The notes below the pieces were generated by a model. That model ran no database searches and was not told the origin of the DNA. It saw only the letters and a list, made by a program, of their open reading frames with translations. DNA of 64,000 nucleotides from Vulcanimicrobiota bacterium (GTDB lineage Bacteria > Vulcanimicrobiota > Vulcanimicrobiia > Vulcanimicrobiales > Vulcanimicrobiaceae): positions 96,001 to 160,000 of the forward strand of contig CAWGBN010000008.1 in NCBI GenBank assembly GCA_963820825.1, in the 5' to 3' direction. Positions 40,164-49,196 of this stretch are shown piece by piece (within the stretch, counting starts at the first letter, position 1; every line of letters begins with the position of its first letter). Both the position numbers and the translations under genes were made by a program.

Positions 40164-41051
40164 TTAAAAGGTATCGCCGCCGGCCGCCAGCATTCGCCGC
40201 AGGTAGAGCGGGAGCGCGAAGAGCCGGCGGTGGGTGAGCGAGTCGTAAAAGAAACTCTCCCCGCGAAGCCGCGCGCAATACGCGTCGATGCGCTCCGGGT
40301 CGAGGCCGGCCAGGTCGACGCGGTCGCTGCACGCGAGAAAGGCCCATTCCGTATCGAAGGCCGGGACGTGCGTCGAAGACGAGACGACGTGCGCGTAGTG
40401 GCGGCGCAGCGTGCGCGCCATCTTGCAATGGAGAGCCGCGTTGTGGACCGCGGCGGTGCTGGCCTGGAGCACGTAGATGCCGCCGTCGGCCAGGCGCGAC
40501 TTGATCAGCCGAAAGACCTCGTCGTTGAAGAGCGGGTTGCTCGGCGAATCCGCCAGCGGTTCGGTCAGATCCGAAAGGATCACGCCGTAACGCTCGTCGT
40601 TGGCACGCATGAACGCAAGCGCATCACCGACGACGACGCGGGCGCGTGGATCCTCAAATGCGCCTGCGGACCACTCGGGCAGATACTTCTTTGCCAGGTC
40701 GACGACGAGTGCGTCGATGTCCACCATCGTGCATCGGGTGACCTCGGGAGAGCGCAGCACCTCGCGCAGCGTCGCGCCCTCGCCGCCGCCCAGGACGAGC
40801 ACCTCGCGGCGGTCGGCGGCGCCCGCCAGCGCCGGATGCACGAGCGCCTCATGGTAGATGCGCTCGTCGGCTTGAGCGCTTTGCGTGTCGCCGTCGAGAA
40901 CGAGGATCTTGCCGAAGACGGGCGAGCGCAGTACCGCGACCTGTTGGAACTCCGAGCGGCCGGAGTAATAGAGCTCGTCGACGGCGTGATGGTGCCGCTC
41001 CGCCGGCTCGAACTCTTCGACGTACCAGTGCCACTCTTTCGTCTTCGGCAT
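40164..41051 (-). CDS. speE: Polyamine aminopropyltransferase
   Basis: LVLDG..QS...DE.IYHEALVHP, LGGGEG, VDID. Confidence 0.93.
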   Translation of the reverse strand: MPKTKEWHWYVEEFEPAERHHHAVDELYYSGRSEFQQVAVLRSPVFGKILVLDGDTQSAQADERIYHEALVHPALAGAADRREVLVLGGGEGATLREVLRSPEVTRCTMVDIDALVVDLAKKYLPEWSAGAFEDPRARVVVGDALAFMRANDERYGVILSDLTEPLADSPSNPLFNDEVFRLIKSRLADGGIYVLQASTAAVHNAALHCKMARTLRRHYAHVVSSSTHVPAFDTEWAFLACSDRVDLAGLDPERIDAYCARLRGESFFYDSLTHRRLFALPLYLRRMLAAGGDTF

Positions 41052-41131
41052 GCGAGCCTAGTGATTGGCGGCGGAAAAGAAGAACCCCGCCGTGCCGGCG
41101 AGGCCCTTCACCGAATCGCGACTCGTACGAA

Positions 41132-41842
41132 CTAGAAGCAGTTGATCGCGAAGTAGAGCCCGGTGCCTTTCGGCGGCAGCTCGAGGCCCTGTGGAACGGT
41201 GTACTGAGTGATCGTCACGGTCTTCCCCTTGATCGGGAACTGCGAGGGAAGCGCCGACCACGCGAGACCCTTCTTTCCCGATGCGAGGATCGCGGCACCG
41301 CAGTTCTTTCCGGGCAATCCCTTCGCATCGGTGATCACGTACTTGAGGATCGGTACGTTCTTGTGCGAGAGGGGCTTGATGACTTGCGTGGTCTGGTTGT
41401 CGGCGACGGCGTAGACGATGGTCGTTCCCTTACCCTTATACACCGGGAAGCTCTTGCCCTTATACTTTACGATGTCGCCGTTCTTGTCGATCGCGTCGAC
41501 CAGATAGATCGACACGGAGCCTTTGGCGGTGTTGTATCCGATCGAACCGGTAACGCTGATGTTCTGGTATTCGCCGAGGGTAAATTTTCCGCCCGTGTTT
41601 TTGAGCGTCCACTTATCGCACGCGCCCTTGAAGATCCACATCCATTGCGGCGGGTTCTTTGCACAGGTGGTCAGAGCGAGCGGCGACATATCGTCTTGGT
41701 TCGCAGTCATCGGCGAAAACGGTGAAGACGCTTGCGGCGCGAACGACGCGGATCCCGGAACGACGCCGTGACCGCCGCACGCGGCCAGTGCGATCGCCGT
41801 AACCGCTGCGAGCGCGCTAGACCGAATCATTGATAAACGCAT
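41132..41842 (-). CDS. Secreted lipoprotein of unknown function (Lys-rich)
   Basis: Lipobox LAAC; SD GAGG; four further Cys in the mature part. Confidence 0.8.
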   Translation of the reverse strand: MRLSMIRSSALAAVTAIALAACGGHGVVPGSASFAPQASSPFSPMTANQDDMSPLALTTCAKNPPQWMWIFKGACDKWTLKNTGGKFTLGEYQNISVTGSIGYNTAKGSVSIYLVDAIDKNGDIVKYKGKSFPVYKGKGTTIVYAVADNQTTQVIKPLSHKNVPILKYVITDAKGLPGKNCGAAILASGKKGLAWSALPSQFPIKGKTVTITQYTVPQGLELPPKGTGLYFAINCF

Positions 41843-41973
41843 TTGAAATTTCTTCTCAACCTCATTCGAGAGAGCAGTGACCGTTGGAATAACGAAATTT
41901 GACGGCAGCCGCCGCAGGCCTGCCGAAAAGCGCGTTATGAAAGCTGATAATTGCTGATGATAACGGTTAAAAA

Positions 41974-42390
41974 CTATGCCGACGCGCTAAATTCGCGCGA
42001 ATCCTCGTTGCGGCTCAGCACGTGCGTGAATTCGCCGTCGCTCTTTTCGATGCCACGTTTGAGCTCCGTAGCAAGCACGCTCGTCGCTCGTAACGCGCGC
42101 GCCGCGTGCTCGCAAGCGAGCCAGGGGTCGGTGTGGTCGCCGCACGTGTAAAAGTCCATCGCCGCGTAGCCCTTCTCGGGCCACGTGTGGATCGAAATAT
42201 GGGACTCTGCCAGGATGACCGTTCCGGAGACGCCTTGCGGCTCGAAACGGTGAAATGCGCTCTCCATAATGGTAGCGCGAGCGGCTTTCGCGGCGGCGAT
42301 CATCATGGCCGCGATGCCGTTGATATCCGAAAGCAAGGAGGGGCGACAGCCCGATAGCTCGCACACGATGTGCCTGCCGAGTGCCTTCAA
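41974..42390 (-). CDS. speD: S-adenosylmethionine decarboxylase proenzyme
   Basis: TTG start after SD AAGGAG; LGRH, F.PQGVS, LAESHISIHTWPE, DFYTCG. Confidence 0.93.
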   Translation of the reverse strand: MKALGRHIVCELSGCRPSLLSDINGIAAMMIAAAKAARATIMESAFHRFEPQGVSGTVILAESHISIHTWPEKGYAAMDFYTCGDHTDPWLACEHAARALRATSVLATELKRGIEKSDGEFTHVLSRNEDSREFSASA

Positions 42391-42634
42391 TTGTTCAGGT
42401 CTCCTTGACCCTTGAGGAATCCCACCTCCGGACTTCGTCGGCTGGCGGCTGCGGTGCAGACACGTCCCCGACCTATCGGCGAGCTCTTGCCGGCGCTTTT
42501 GACGGTGCACGGGCGACTTGCCGCGATGGCGCGAAAGGGCGCGCCCTCCCCAAAACCGTGCCCTCGGCTGCGCCCTTCCCGGGCCTCGCTGAGGACGTCG
42601 CGCCTGCGGCCCTCGGACCACAAACGCAGAGGGA

Positions 42635-42663
42635 ATCATACCCCCTCACCCCCCCGCTGTAAA
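42635..42663 (-). promoter_or_regulatory. sigma70-type promoter of speD
   Basis: TTTACA, 17 bp spacer, TATGAT on the minus strand. Confidence 0.7.
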
Positions 42664-42767
42664 GCCCTTCCCCACAGCTTGCCCACAGGCGGCACCTCCG
42701 TGAAAGTGAAGCTCTTACTTTACTATCTTGACTATATCCCGTTGCGGGGCGTACGCTGAGTCTTGCC

Positions 42768-44192
42768 ATGGCATTGAAGCTCGAAGCCCCCGTCAAGCCC
42801 GCGGCACTCGTCGAAGAGTACCGGCACGGCTTTCACGACCCCGAAAACTACGTCTTTAAGTCCGACAAAGGCCTGACGCGAGAGATCGTCGAGCGCATCA
42901 GCGCGATGAAGGACGAGCCCGAGTGGATGCGCGAGTTTCGGCTCAAAGCATACGACCTCTTCATTCGTAAGCCGATGCCGACGTGGGGCGACACCGCCCT
43001 GCTCAGCGAGATCGACTTCGCTGACATCCACTACTTCGTCAAGTCGACCGACCAGACGGAACGCTCCTGGGACGACGTGCCGGAGGATATCAAGCGGACC
43101 TTCGATCGCCTGGGCATCCCGGAGGCCGAACGCAAGTTCCTGTCCGGGGTCTCCGCGCAGTACGAGTCGGAAGTCGTCTATCACAGTACGACCAAGGCAC
43201 TCGACGAGCAGGGCGTGCTCTTCTGCGACATGGACACCGCGGTCAAGCAGTATCCCGATATCGTCCGCAAGTATCTCGCGACGGTGATTCCGCCGGGCGA
43301 CAACAAGTTTGCGGCGCTCAACTCGGCAGTCTGGTCGGGGGGATCGTTCATTTACGTACCACCGGGCGTGACGGTCGCGATGCCGCTCCAGGCCTACTTC
43401 CGGATCAACGCGGAGAACATGGGTCAGTTCGAGCGCACGCTGATCATCGCCGATAAGGGTGCGAAGGTGCATTACATCGAGGGCTGCACCGCGCCGAAGT
43501 TTTCGACGTCGTCGCTGCATTCGGCCGTCGTCGAGCTGATTGCAATGGACGGCGCCTCGATTCGCTACACGACGATTCAGAACTGGTACCGCAACATCTT
43601 CAACCTCGTAACGAAGCGCGCGATCGCGCATGCGAATGCAACGGTCGAGTGGGTCGACGGAAACATCGGCTCGCGGCTGACGATGAAGTATCCCGCGATC
43701 TACCTCATGGGCGAGGGCGCGCGCGGTGAGATTCTCTCGATGGCCTTCGCCGGCGAGGGACAGCATCAGGACGCGGGGGCCAAAGTCATCCACGTCGCGC
43801 CGCGCACGACCTCAATGGTAACGAACAAGAGCGTCAGCGCGCACGGCGGCAAGACGACCTATCGCGGTTTGGTCGAGGTGCACGCGGGCGCGGTCGGCGC
43901 GAAGACGCGCGTACGCTGCGACGCGCTGATCATGGACGAGCAATCGTCGAGCGATACCAAACCGACGATGAAGATCCACGAGCAGCGCTCGACGGTCGAG
44001 CACGAAGCGAGCGTGAGCAAAATCGGTGAAGAGCAACTCTTCTACGCGATGTCGCGCGGTCTCTCGGAGGCCGACGCGACCGCGATGATCGTCAACGGCT
44101 TCTTTGACTTCTTCGTCAAGGAGCTCCCGATGGAGTATGCCGTCGAGCTCAACCGGCTCGTCAAGATGGAGATGGAAGGCGCCGTCGGCTAG
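42768..44192 (+). CDS. sufB: Fe-S cluster assembly protein SufB
   Basis: [45 protein letters not shown]. Confidence 0.96.
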   Translation: MALKLEAPVKPAALVEEYRHGFHDPENYVFKSDKGLTREIVERISAMKDEPEWMREFRLKAYDLFIRKPMPTWGDTALLSEIDFADIHYFVKSTDQTERSWDDVPEDIKRTFDRLGIPEAERKFLSGVSAQYESEVVYHSTTKALDEQGVLFCDMDTAVKQYPDIVRKYLATVIPPGDNKFAALNSAVWSGGSFIYVPPGVTVAMPLQAYFRINAENMGQFERTLIIADKGAKVHYIEGCTAPKFSTSSLHSAVVELIAMDGASIRYTTIQNWYRNIFNLVTKRAIAHANATVEWVDGNIGSRLTMKYPAIYLMGEGARGEILSMAFAGEGQHQDAGAKVIHVAPRTTSMVTNKSVSAHGGKTTYRGLVEVHAGAVGAKTRVRCDALIMDEQSSSDTKPTMKIHEQRSTVEHEASVSKIGEEQLFYAMSRGLSEADATAMIVNGFFDFFVKELPMEYAVELNRLVKMEMEGAVG

Positions 44193-44207
44193 AATACCCC
44201 GATCGGA

Positions 44208-45434
44208 ATGACGCCCATAGCCGTACGCGTTGCTCCGGTCGCCGCGATCGCCGCCCTCCTCGCAGGCTGTGGCGGCGGCTCCCAATCGTCGCTTCCAAAA
44301 ACGCCCGCGCAGCCGGCTTATGCAAAGCCGGGCCACGCGGTCGAAAGCGTGCTCTACTCGTTTACCGGTGGACCCGACGGCGGCGGCCCTAATGGCAGCA
44401 TCGTCTTCGACGGCGCCGGCAATGCCTACGGCACCACGCATTTCGGCGGCATTAAGACCTGCGGGGGACAAGTCGGCGGCGGCTGCGGCGTCGTCTTCGA
44501 GCTTTCGCCAAAGAAGAGCGGCGGCTGGACCGAATCGCCGCTCTACGCCTTTGCCGACGGCGGCGACGGCGGCTTCCCCAACGCGGGCGTCATCTTCGAC
44601 AAGAGCGGGGACATTCTCGGCACGGCGAGCACCGGCGGAAACACCCAATGCTCGATCGGCTGCGGCGTCGTCTACGAGTTGAGCAAGAGCAGCGGATGGG
44701 CAGAAAGCGTCTTGCATGCATTTACGGGTGCCGACGGCGAGCTTCCCAACGCCGTGCTGCTGGCCGGAACGGGCGGTGCGCTCTACAGCACGACGTGGTT
44801 CGGCGGCAGCAGCGGCAACGGAACCGTCTTCGCGCTGACGCCCGCGGGCAGCACGTGGACCGAACGCATCTTATACAGCTTCAAAGGGACGACCGATGGG
44901 AGCGCTCCGGCAGGCGGCGTCGCGTACGAGCTGCGAGGATCGGGCGGTTCGTGGAAAGATCGCGTTCTCTACACCTTTACGAACAACGGCGGAGGCGAAG
45001 ATCCGTACGCGGGACTCCTCGCGTCGGGCAAAGGAAAGTTTTACGGCACGACGATCGAGGGCGGTTCGACCGGTAGCGGCGTCGCCTTCGAACTCGTCTC
45101 CGGTTCGAAACGGCACTGGACGGAGAAGGTTCTGCACACGTTCGGAGGTGCGGACGACGGGAGCGCACCCTACGGAGGTCTGGTCGCCGATTCGTCGGGC
45201 CACCTCTTCGGAACGACGGTATTCGGCGGAAGCGGGAACGCGGGAACCGTTTACGAGCTCGATCGCGGGCGCAACGGAAAATGGAAGGAGCGGGTACTCT
45301 ATTCGTTCGGCGGCGGCAGCGACGGCGCGTATCCCAGCGGCACGTTGACGCTCGATTCGGCTGGAAATCTCTACGGAACCGCAAGCAACGGGGGCGCGAG
45401 CGGAAACGGCGTAATCTTCGAAATTACCCGATAG
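44208..45434 (+). CDS. Lipoprotein with seven tandem choice-of-anchor (GloVer-like) repeats
   Basis: Lipobox LAGC; repeats of E.VLYSF.G..DG..P...L..D..GNLYGTT..GG....G.VFEL. Confidence 0.85.
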   Translation: MTPIAVRVAPVAAIAALLAGCGGGSQSSLPKTPAQPAYAKPGHAVESVLYSFTGGPDGGGPNGSIVFDGAGNAYGTTHFGGIKTCGGQVGGGCGVVFELSPKKSGGWTESPLYAFADGGDGGFPNAGVIFDKSGDILGTASTGGNTQCSIGCGVVYELSKSSGWAESVLHAFTGADGELPNAVLLAGTGGALYSTTWFGGSSGNGTVFALTPAGSTWTERILYSFKGTTDGSAPAGGVAYELRGSGGSWKDRVLYTFTNNGGGEDPYAGLLASGKGKFYGTTIEGGSTGSGVAFELVSGSKRHWTEKVLHTFGGADDGSAPYGGLVADSSGHLFGTTVFGGSGNAGTVYELDRGRNGKWKERVLYSFGGGSDGAYPSGTLTLDSAGNLYGTASNGGASGNGVIFEITR

Positions 45435-45435
45435 C

Positions 45436-46329
45436 GTGTCGCGCGCGATCGTCGTGCTTGGAATGCACCGAAGCGGCACGAGCGTCATCGCTCGCGGAGT
45501 CGCGGCGCTCGGCGCCGATCTCGGCAACGACTTTCTCGACGCGCAGCCCGAGAACCCGACGGGTTATTGGGAAGACCGCGGTATCGTCGAGCTCAACGAG
45601 CGCGTGCTCAAAACGCTAGGGCTCACGTGGGATTCGCTCGAACCGATCGATCCCCGGCGGTTCGGCGGCTGGCGGATGTGGCGGCTGCGCCGCGAGGCGA
45701 GGCGCTACCTGCAGGGCCGGTTTATCGGCAAGCCGCTCTGGGGATTCAAGGATCCCCGCACGACTCGGCTCCTGCCGTTTTGGCTGCGCGTTCTGCACGA
45801 ATGCAACGCCGACGACGCCTACCTTCTCGCGATTCGCAATCCCGGCAGCATCGCCGCGTCACTTCACGCGCGGCAAGGGATGGAGGTCGAAACTGCTCAA
45901 CGCCTGTGGCTCGTCAACGTCGTACCCTTTCTCGGCAATCTCGAGGGCAAGCCGCTCGCCGTCGTCGATTACGATCTGCTCATGCGCGATCCGCGCGGTC
46001 AGCTCGAGCGAATCGCCGGGAGACTCGGGGTGGCGAAGTACGACCCGGCCGAAGTCGAGCGCTTCGCGAACGAGTTTCTCGACGCGAAGCTCCGCCACAC
46101 GCTCTTCTCGCTCGACGAGATCGATACGAGCTCGCAGGCCGGACGCGCGACCCGCGAGGCCTTCGAGCTGCTCTACGATCTCGCATCGGATAAAGCCGAA
46201 CCGGAGAAGCGATTCTGGGCGCAATGGCGCCGAATTAGCGCGTCCTTCGACACGCACGCTCCGCGCGCGGCTCAGGATGACACAGACGTGCATTGGAGAA
46301 ACGGGGTCGGGTGGCGAGACACCGAGTAG
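45436..46329 (+). CDS. Sulfotransferase family protein
   Basis: VLGMHRSGTS, NPTGYWE, WGFKDPR, RNP..IA.SL. Confidence 0.85.
   Translation: MSRAIVVLGMHRSGTSVIARGVAALGADLGNDFLDAQPENPTGYWEDRGIVELNERVLKTLGLTWDSLEPIDPRRFGGWRMWRLRREARRYLQGRFIGKPLWGFKDPRTTRLLPFWLRVLHECNADDAYLLAIRNPGSIAASLHARQGMEVETAQRLWLVNVVPFLGNLEGKPLAVVDYDLLMRDPRGQLERIAGRLGVAKYDPAEVERFANEFLDAKLRHTLFSLDEIDTSSQAGRATREAFELLYDLASDKAEPEKRFWAQWRRISASFDTHAPRAAQDDTDVHWRNGVGWRDTE
46243..46282. repeat. Half REP-like palindromic element within the sulfotransferase 3' end
   Basis: TCCTTCGAC...GCTCAGGATGACA resembles one arm of GTCATCCTGAGC-type extragenic repeats. Confidence 0.45.
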
Positions 46330-46616
46330 CGAAGGCTTCAGAAATTGCGCCGGGGACGACCCGGCGCGTCGTCGTCGATTCGACCGAAATTCTGCTCTGT
46401 AACGTCGACGGAAAGATCTATGCGATCGAAGACGTCTGCACGCACGACGGCGGCCCGCTCGATCAAGGCGAACTGGAAGGCGAACAGGTCGTCTGCCCGC
46501 GGCACGGTGCGACGTTCGACGTTCGCACCGGCGATGCGCTGACGCTGCCCGCCGTTCTGCCCGTCATGACCTTCGAGGTATCGGTCGAGGGCGACGACAT
46601 CTTCGTCGATGTCTAA
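46311..46616 (+). CDS. Rieske [2Fe-2S] ferredoxin
   Basis: CTHD...CPRHG. Confidence 0.92.
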   Translation: MARHRVAKASEIAPGTTRRVVVDSTEILLCNVDGKIYAIEDVCTHDGGPLDQGELEGEQVVCPRHGATFDVRTGDALTLPAVLPVMTFEVSVEGDDIFVDV

Positions 46617-46625
46617 CTCCGCGCC

Positions 46626-48770
46626 GTGAAAATTGCCGGGCGGGTACTCCTCGCGGCGCTCGCAATCGTCGTCGCGGCGGGGGCAGCCTTCGCACTCAAC
46701 GTCGTGCTCGGCATGCACGTTCACGCGCGGGTCGAGGGAACGATTACCGGGACGGGCGTACGCGCGCCGGTCTCGATTCTGCGCGACGACCGCGGCGTTC
46801 CGCACCTCATCGCCCAGAACGAGCGCGATCTCTTCTTCGCCCAGGGATACGTCGAGGGCTCCGACCGGCTCTTCCAAATGGACGTGCTGCGGCGGTTCAT
46901 CTTGGGTCAGCTCGCCGAAGTCTACGGCGCCGGCGCGCTGAAGACCGACGAGCGAGAGCGCGCCGTTCCGGTGAGCGCGATGGTCGCAACGCAGTGGCGA
47001 CGCCTCGACTCTGATTCCCGCGATCTCGTTCAAGCATTCAGCGACGGCGTCAACGCCGCAATCGCGCGCGAGCCGCTCCCGGTCGAGTTCCGGATCCTCG
47101 GATATCGCCCGCGCCCATGGAGCCCCCAAGATTCGCTCTCCGTCGCAATGGTCACCGTGCTCGACCTGATCGACGATTGGAACGCCATCGAATCGCGCAA
47201 CGCGGCGTACGAGAGCGGCGGCCTTCCCCTGCTCGCGGCGCGCTTTCCGTTCACCGATCCGTGCTATGACGCTCCGGTCACGGCGGGACTCACCGGGATG
47301 GCGCCGGGTCCGAGCTGCAAGCGGCACGTGGCGATGCTGCTGCGCGAGATGGCCGACGCGCGTCCGCCGGTCGGCAGCAACGAATGGGCCGCCGGCGCAG
47401 ACCGGGCGCTTCGCCGGCGTGCGCTGCTCGCCAACGATCCGCATCTCGCGCTGCAGATGCCCGGCGTCTGGTACCTCGTCGATCTGCGCGCGCCGGGTTA
47501 TCACGTCGCCGGCGCCGCGTTGCCGGGCTGTCCGACCGTCGTGCTCGGCCACGACGAATCGGTTGCGTGGGGCGCGACCGATGGAACCGTCACCTCGCTC
47601 GCGGTCTTCCGTCCACCCGCCCGGCTCGATCGCAGCGCCTGGCAGACGGAGAGCTTTGCAGTGCGCTTTCACGGCGCCGTAACCAAGCAATACTATCGAA
47701 CGCCGCGCGAATTCGGCATCACCACGACGCACGGCGATTTCGTGCTCGTCCACTGGAGCGCGTACGACGACCCCGTCTCGCCGCTGACAACCTTCGTCAA
47801 TCTCGATCGCGCGCGATCGATCGAAGATGCGACGGCCGCGCTCGCCAAGTTTCCCGGTCCGACCCAAAACTTCGTGCTCGCCGACACGAGCGGCCGCGTC
47901 GCGTATCACCTCGCCGGGGAGATCCCCGACGATCCCGTTCGCGGGCGCTGGGTTCACCCCGCAACCGATTTGAGTCAACGCTACTCGCCGATCCCATTCG
48001 CGCGTCTGCCCCGCGTAGCGCCGTCGCGCGGCGCGGTGGTTTGGACCGCCAACAACAAAATGTACGGTGACGGTTATCCATTTCCGTTGAGCGCGCAGTT
48101 CGCGCCGCCCTATCGTGCCTATCGCATCGCCCAATTACTCCGCGCGCGGCGAACGTACGACGTCGATTACTTTGCCGGTATGCAGATGGACGCACTCTCG
48201 CTTCCCGAACGCGAGTTGGCCCGCGACCTCGCGCCGGCGTTGCAGCGCAGCAACCCGGCCGCCGCGGATGCGTTGACGCGCTGGAACGGCGTCATGTCGG
48301 GCGATTCAACGACCGCGACGGTCGTCGAGGGGCTGCGACTGCAGCTGACCGATCGTCACACCGGCCGGGTGCCGACGCTGCTCACCGCCGGGATAACCGG
48401 AGATGCGATTCGCGCGATCGCGCCGCCGTCGCCGGCGCCGTGGGGGGTTGCCGGCTCGGTACCGGTGCTCCACGCTCTCGCGTCATTGGGCATCGGCTTC
48501 CTCGACGGCACGACCCTCCCCGGATACGGGGATCAGCTCACGCTGCACGTGCAGTATCCGGGATATTCGCAGAGTTTCCGCGCGGTTTGGGACGTCGGGA
48601 ACTGGGACGCCGGCGGCATTACGCTTCCGCAGGGTGAGTCGGGTCAACCGGGATCGGGTCACTATACCGATCAGGCCGCGGCGTGGATCGCCGGACGCCT
48701 CTGGCCGTTGCCGTTCAGCGACGCGGCGGTGCAGGCCACGGCGACGCAGCGGCTGACGCTGCTTCCGTAG
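46626..48770 (+). CDS. Penicillin acylase family Ntn hydrolase
   Basis: RDDRGVPH, AQGY...DRLFQMD, GSN.W (catalytic Ser), ANDPHL, GESG.P.S.HY.DQ. Confidence 0.92.
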   Translation: MKIAGRVLLAALAIVVAAGAAFALNVVLGMHVHARVEGTITGTGVRAPVSILRDDRGVPHLIAQNERDLFFAQGYVEGSDRLFQMDVLRRFILGQLAEVYGAGALKTDERERAVPVSAMVATQWRRLDSDSRDLVQAFSDGVNAAIAREPLPVEFRILGYRPRPWSPQDSLSVAMVTVLDLIDDWNAIESRNAAYESGGLPLLAARFPFTDPCYDAPVTAGLTGMAPGPSCKRHVAMLLREMADARPPVGSNEWAAGADRALRRRALLANDPHLALQMPGVWYLVDLRAPGYHVAGAALPGCPTVVLGHDESVAWGATDGTVTSLAVFRPPARLDRSAWQTESFAVRFHGAVTKQYYRTPREFGITTTHGDFVLVHWSAYDDPVSPLTTFVNLDRARSIEDATAALAKFPGPTQNFVLADTSGRVAYHLAGEIPDDPVRGRWVHPATDLSQRYSPIPFARLPRVAPSRGAVVWTANNKMYGDGYPFPLSAQFAPPYRAYRIAQLLRARRTYDVDYFAGMQMDALSLPERELARDLAPALQRSNPAAADALTRWNGVMSGDSTTATVVEGLRLQLTDRHTGRVPTLLTAGITGDAIRAIAPPSPAPWGVAGSVPVLHALASLGIGFLDGTTLPGYGDQLTLHVQYPGYSQSFRAVWDVGNWDAGGITLPQGESGQPGSGHYTDQAAAWIAGRLWPLPFSDAAVQATATQRLTLLP

Positions 48771-48779
48771 AGCAACGGG

Positions 48780-49196
48780 TTGCACGTTCGACCCGCGCAA
48801 GCCGGCGATGCCGCACCGATTGCGCGGCTGATGCATCAGCTGGGCTACGACGTGGCAGCGGATTCAATCGAAGATCGGCTGCGCCGGCGCGACTCGCGCG
48901 AAATTTTCGTCGCCGTCCGAGACCAACGCGTTATCGGTTGGGCCGCCGTCTGCGTGGAGGAGACGTTCGTCGATGGCTTGGGCGCACACCTCGACGGGCT
49001 CGTCGTCGACGAAGCGGTCCGCAGCTCGGGTATCGGCGCGAGATTACTCGAAGCGGCCGAGGCGTGGGCGCGTGCTCGCGGCTGCGCCGAGATGCGCGTG
49101 CATTCCAACGTCGTTCGGCAGCGAGCTCATGAATTTTACCGCCGTCACGGCTACGTGACGATCAAAACGCAGTCGAACTTCCGTAAGCCGCTCTAG
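48780..49196 (+). CDS. GNAT acetyltransferase
   Basis: LVVDEAVRSSGIG..LL, AHEFY...GY. Confidence 0.85.
   Translation: MHVRPAQAGDAAPIARLMHQLGYDVAADSIEDRLRRRDSREIFVAVRDQRVIGWAAVCVEETFVDGLGAHLDGLVVDEAVRSSGIGARLLEAAEAWARARGCAEMRVHSNVVRQRAHEFYRRHGYVTIKTQSNFRKPL

Noticed and set aside
39700..40165. Glycine riboswitch upstream of gcvT
   Set aside because: gcvT overlaps the paaI stop; there is no intergenic space or aptamer motif.
41935..41972. Fur box (GATAAT...GATAAC)
   Set aside because: Direct rather than inverted arrangement; too weak to call.
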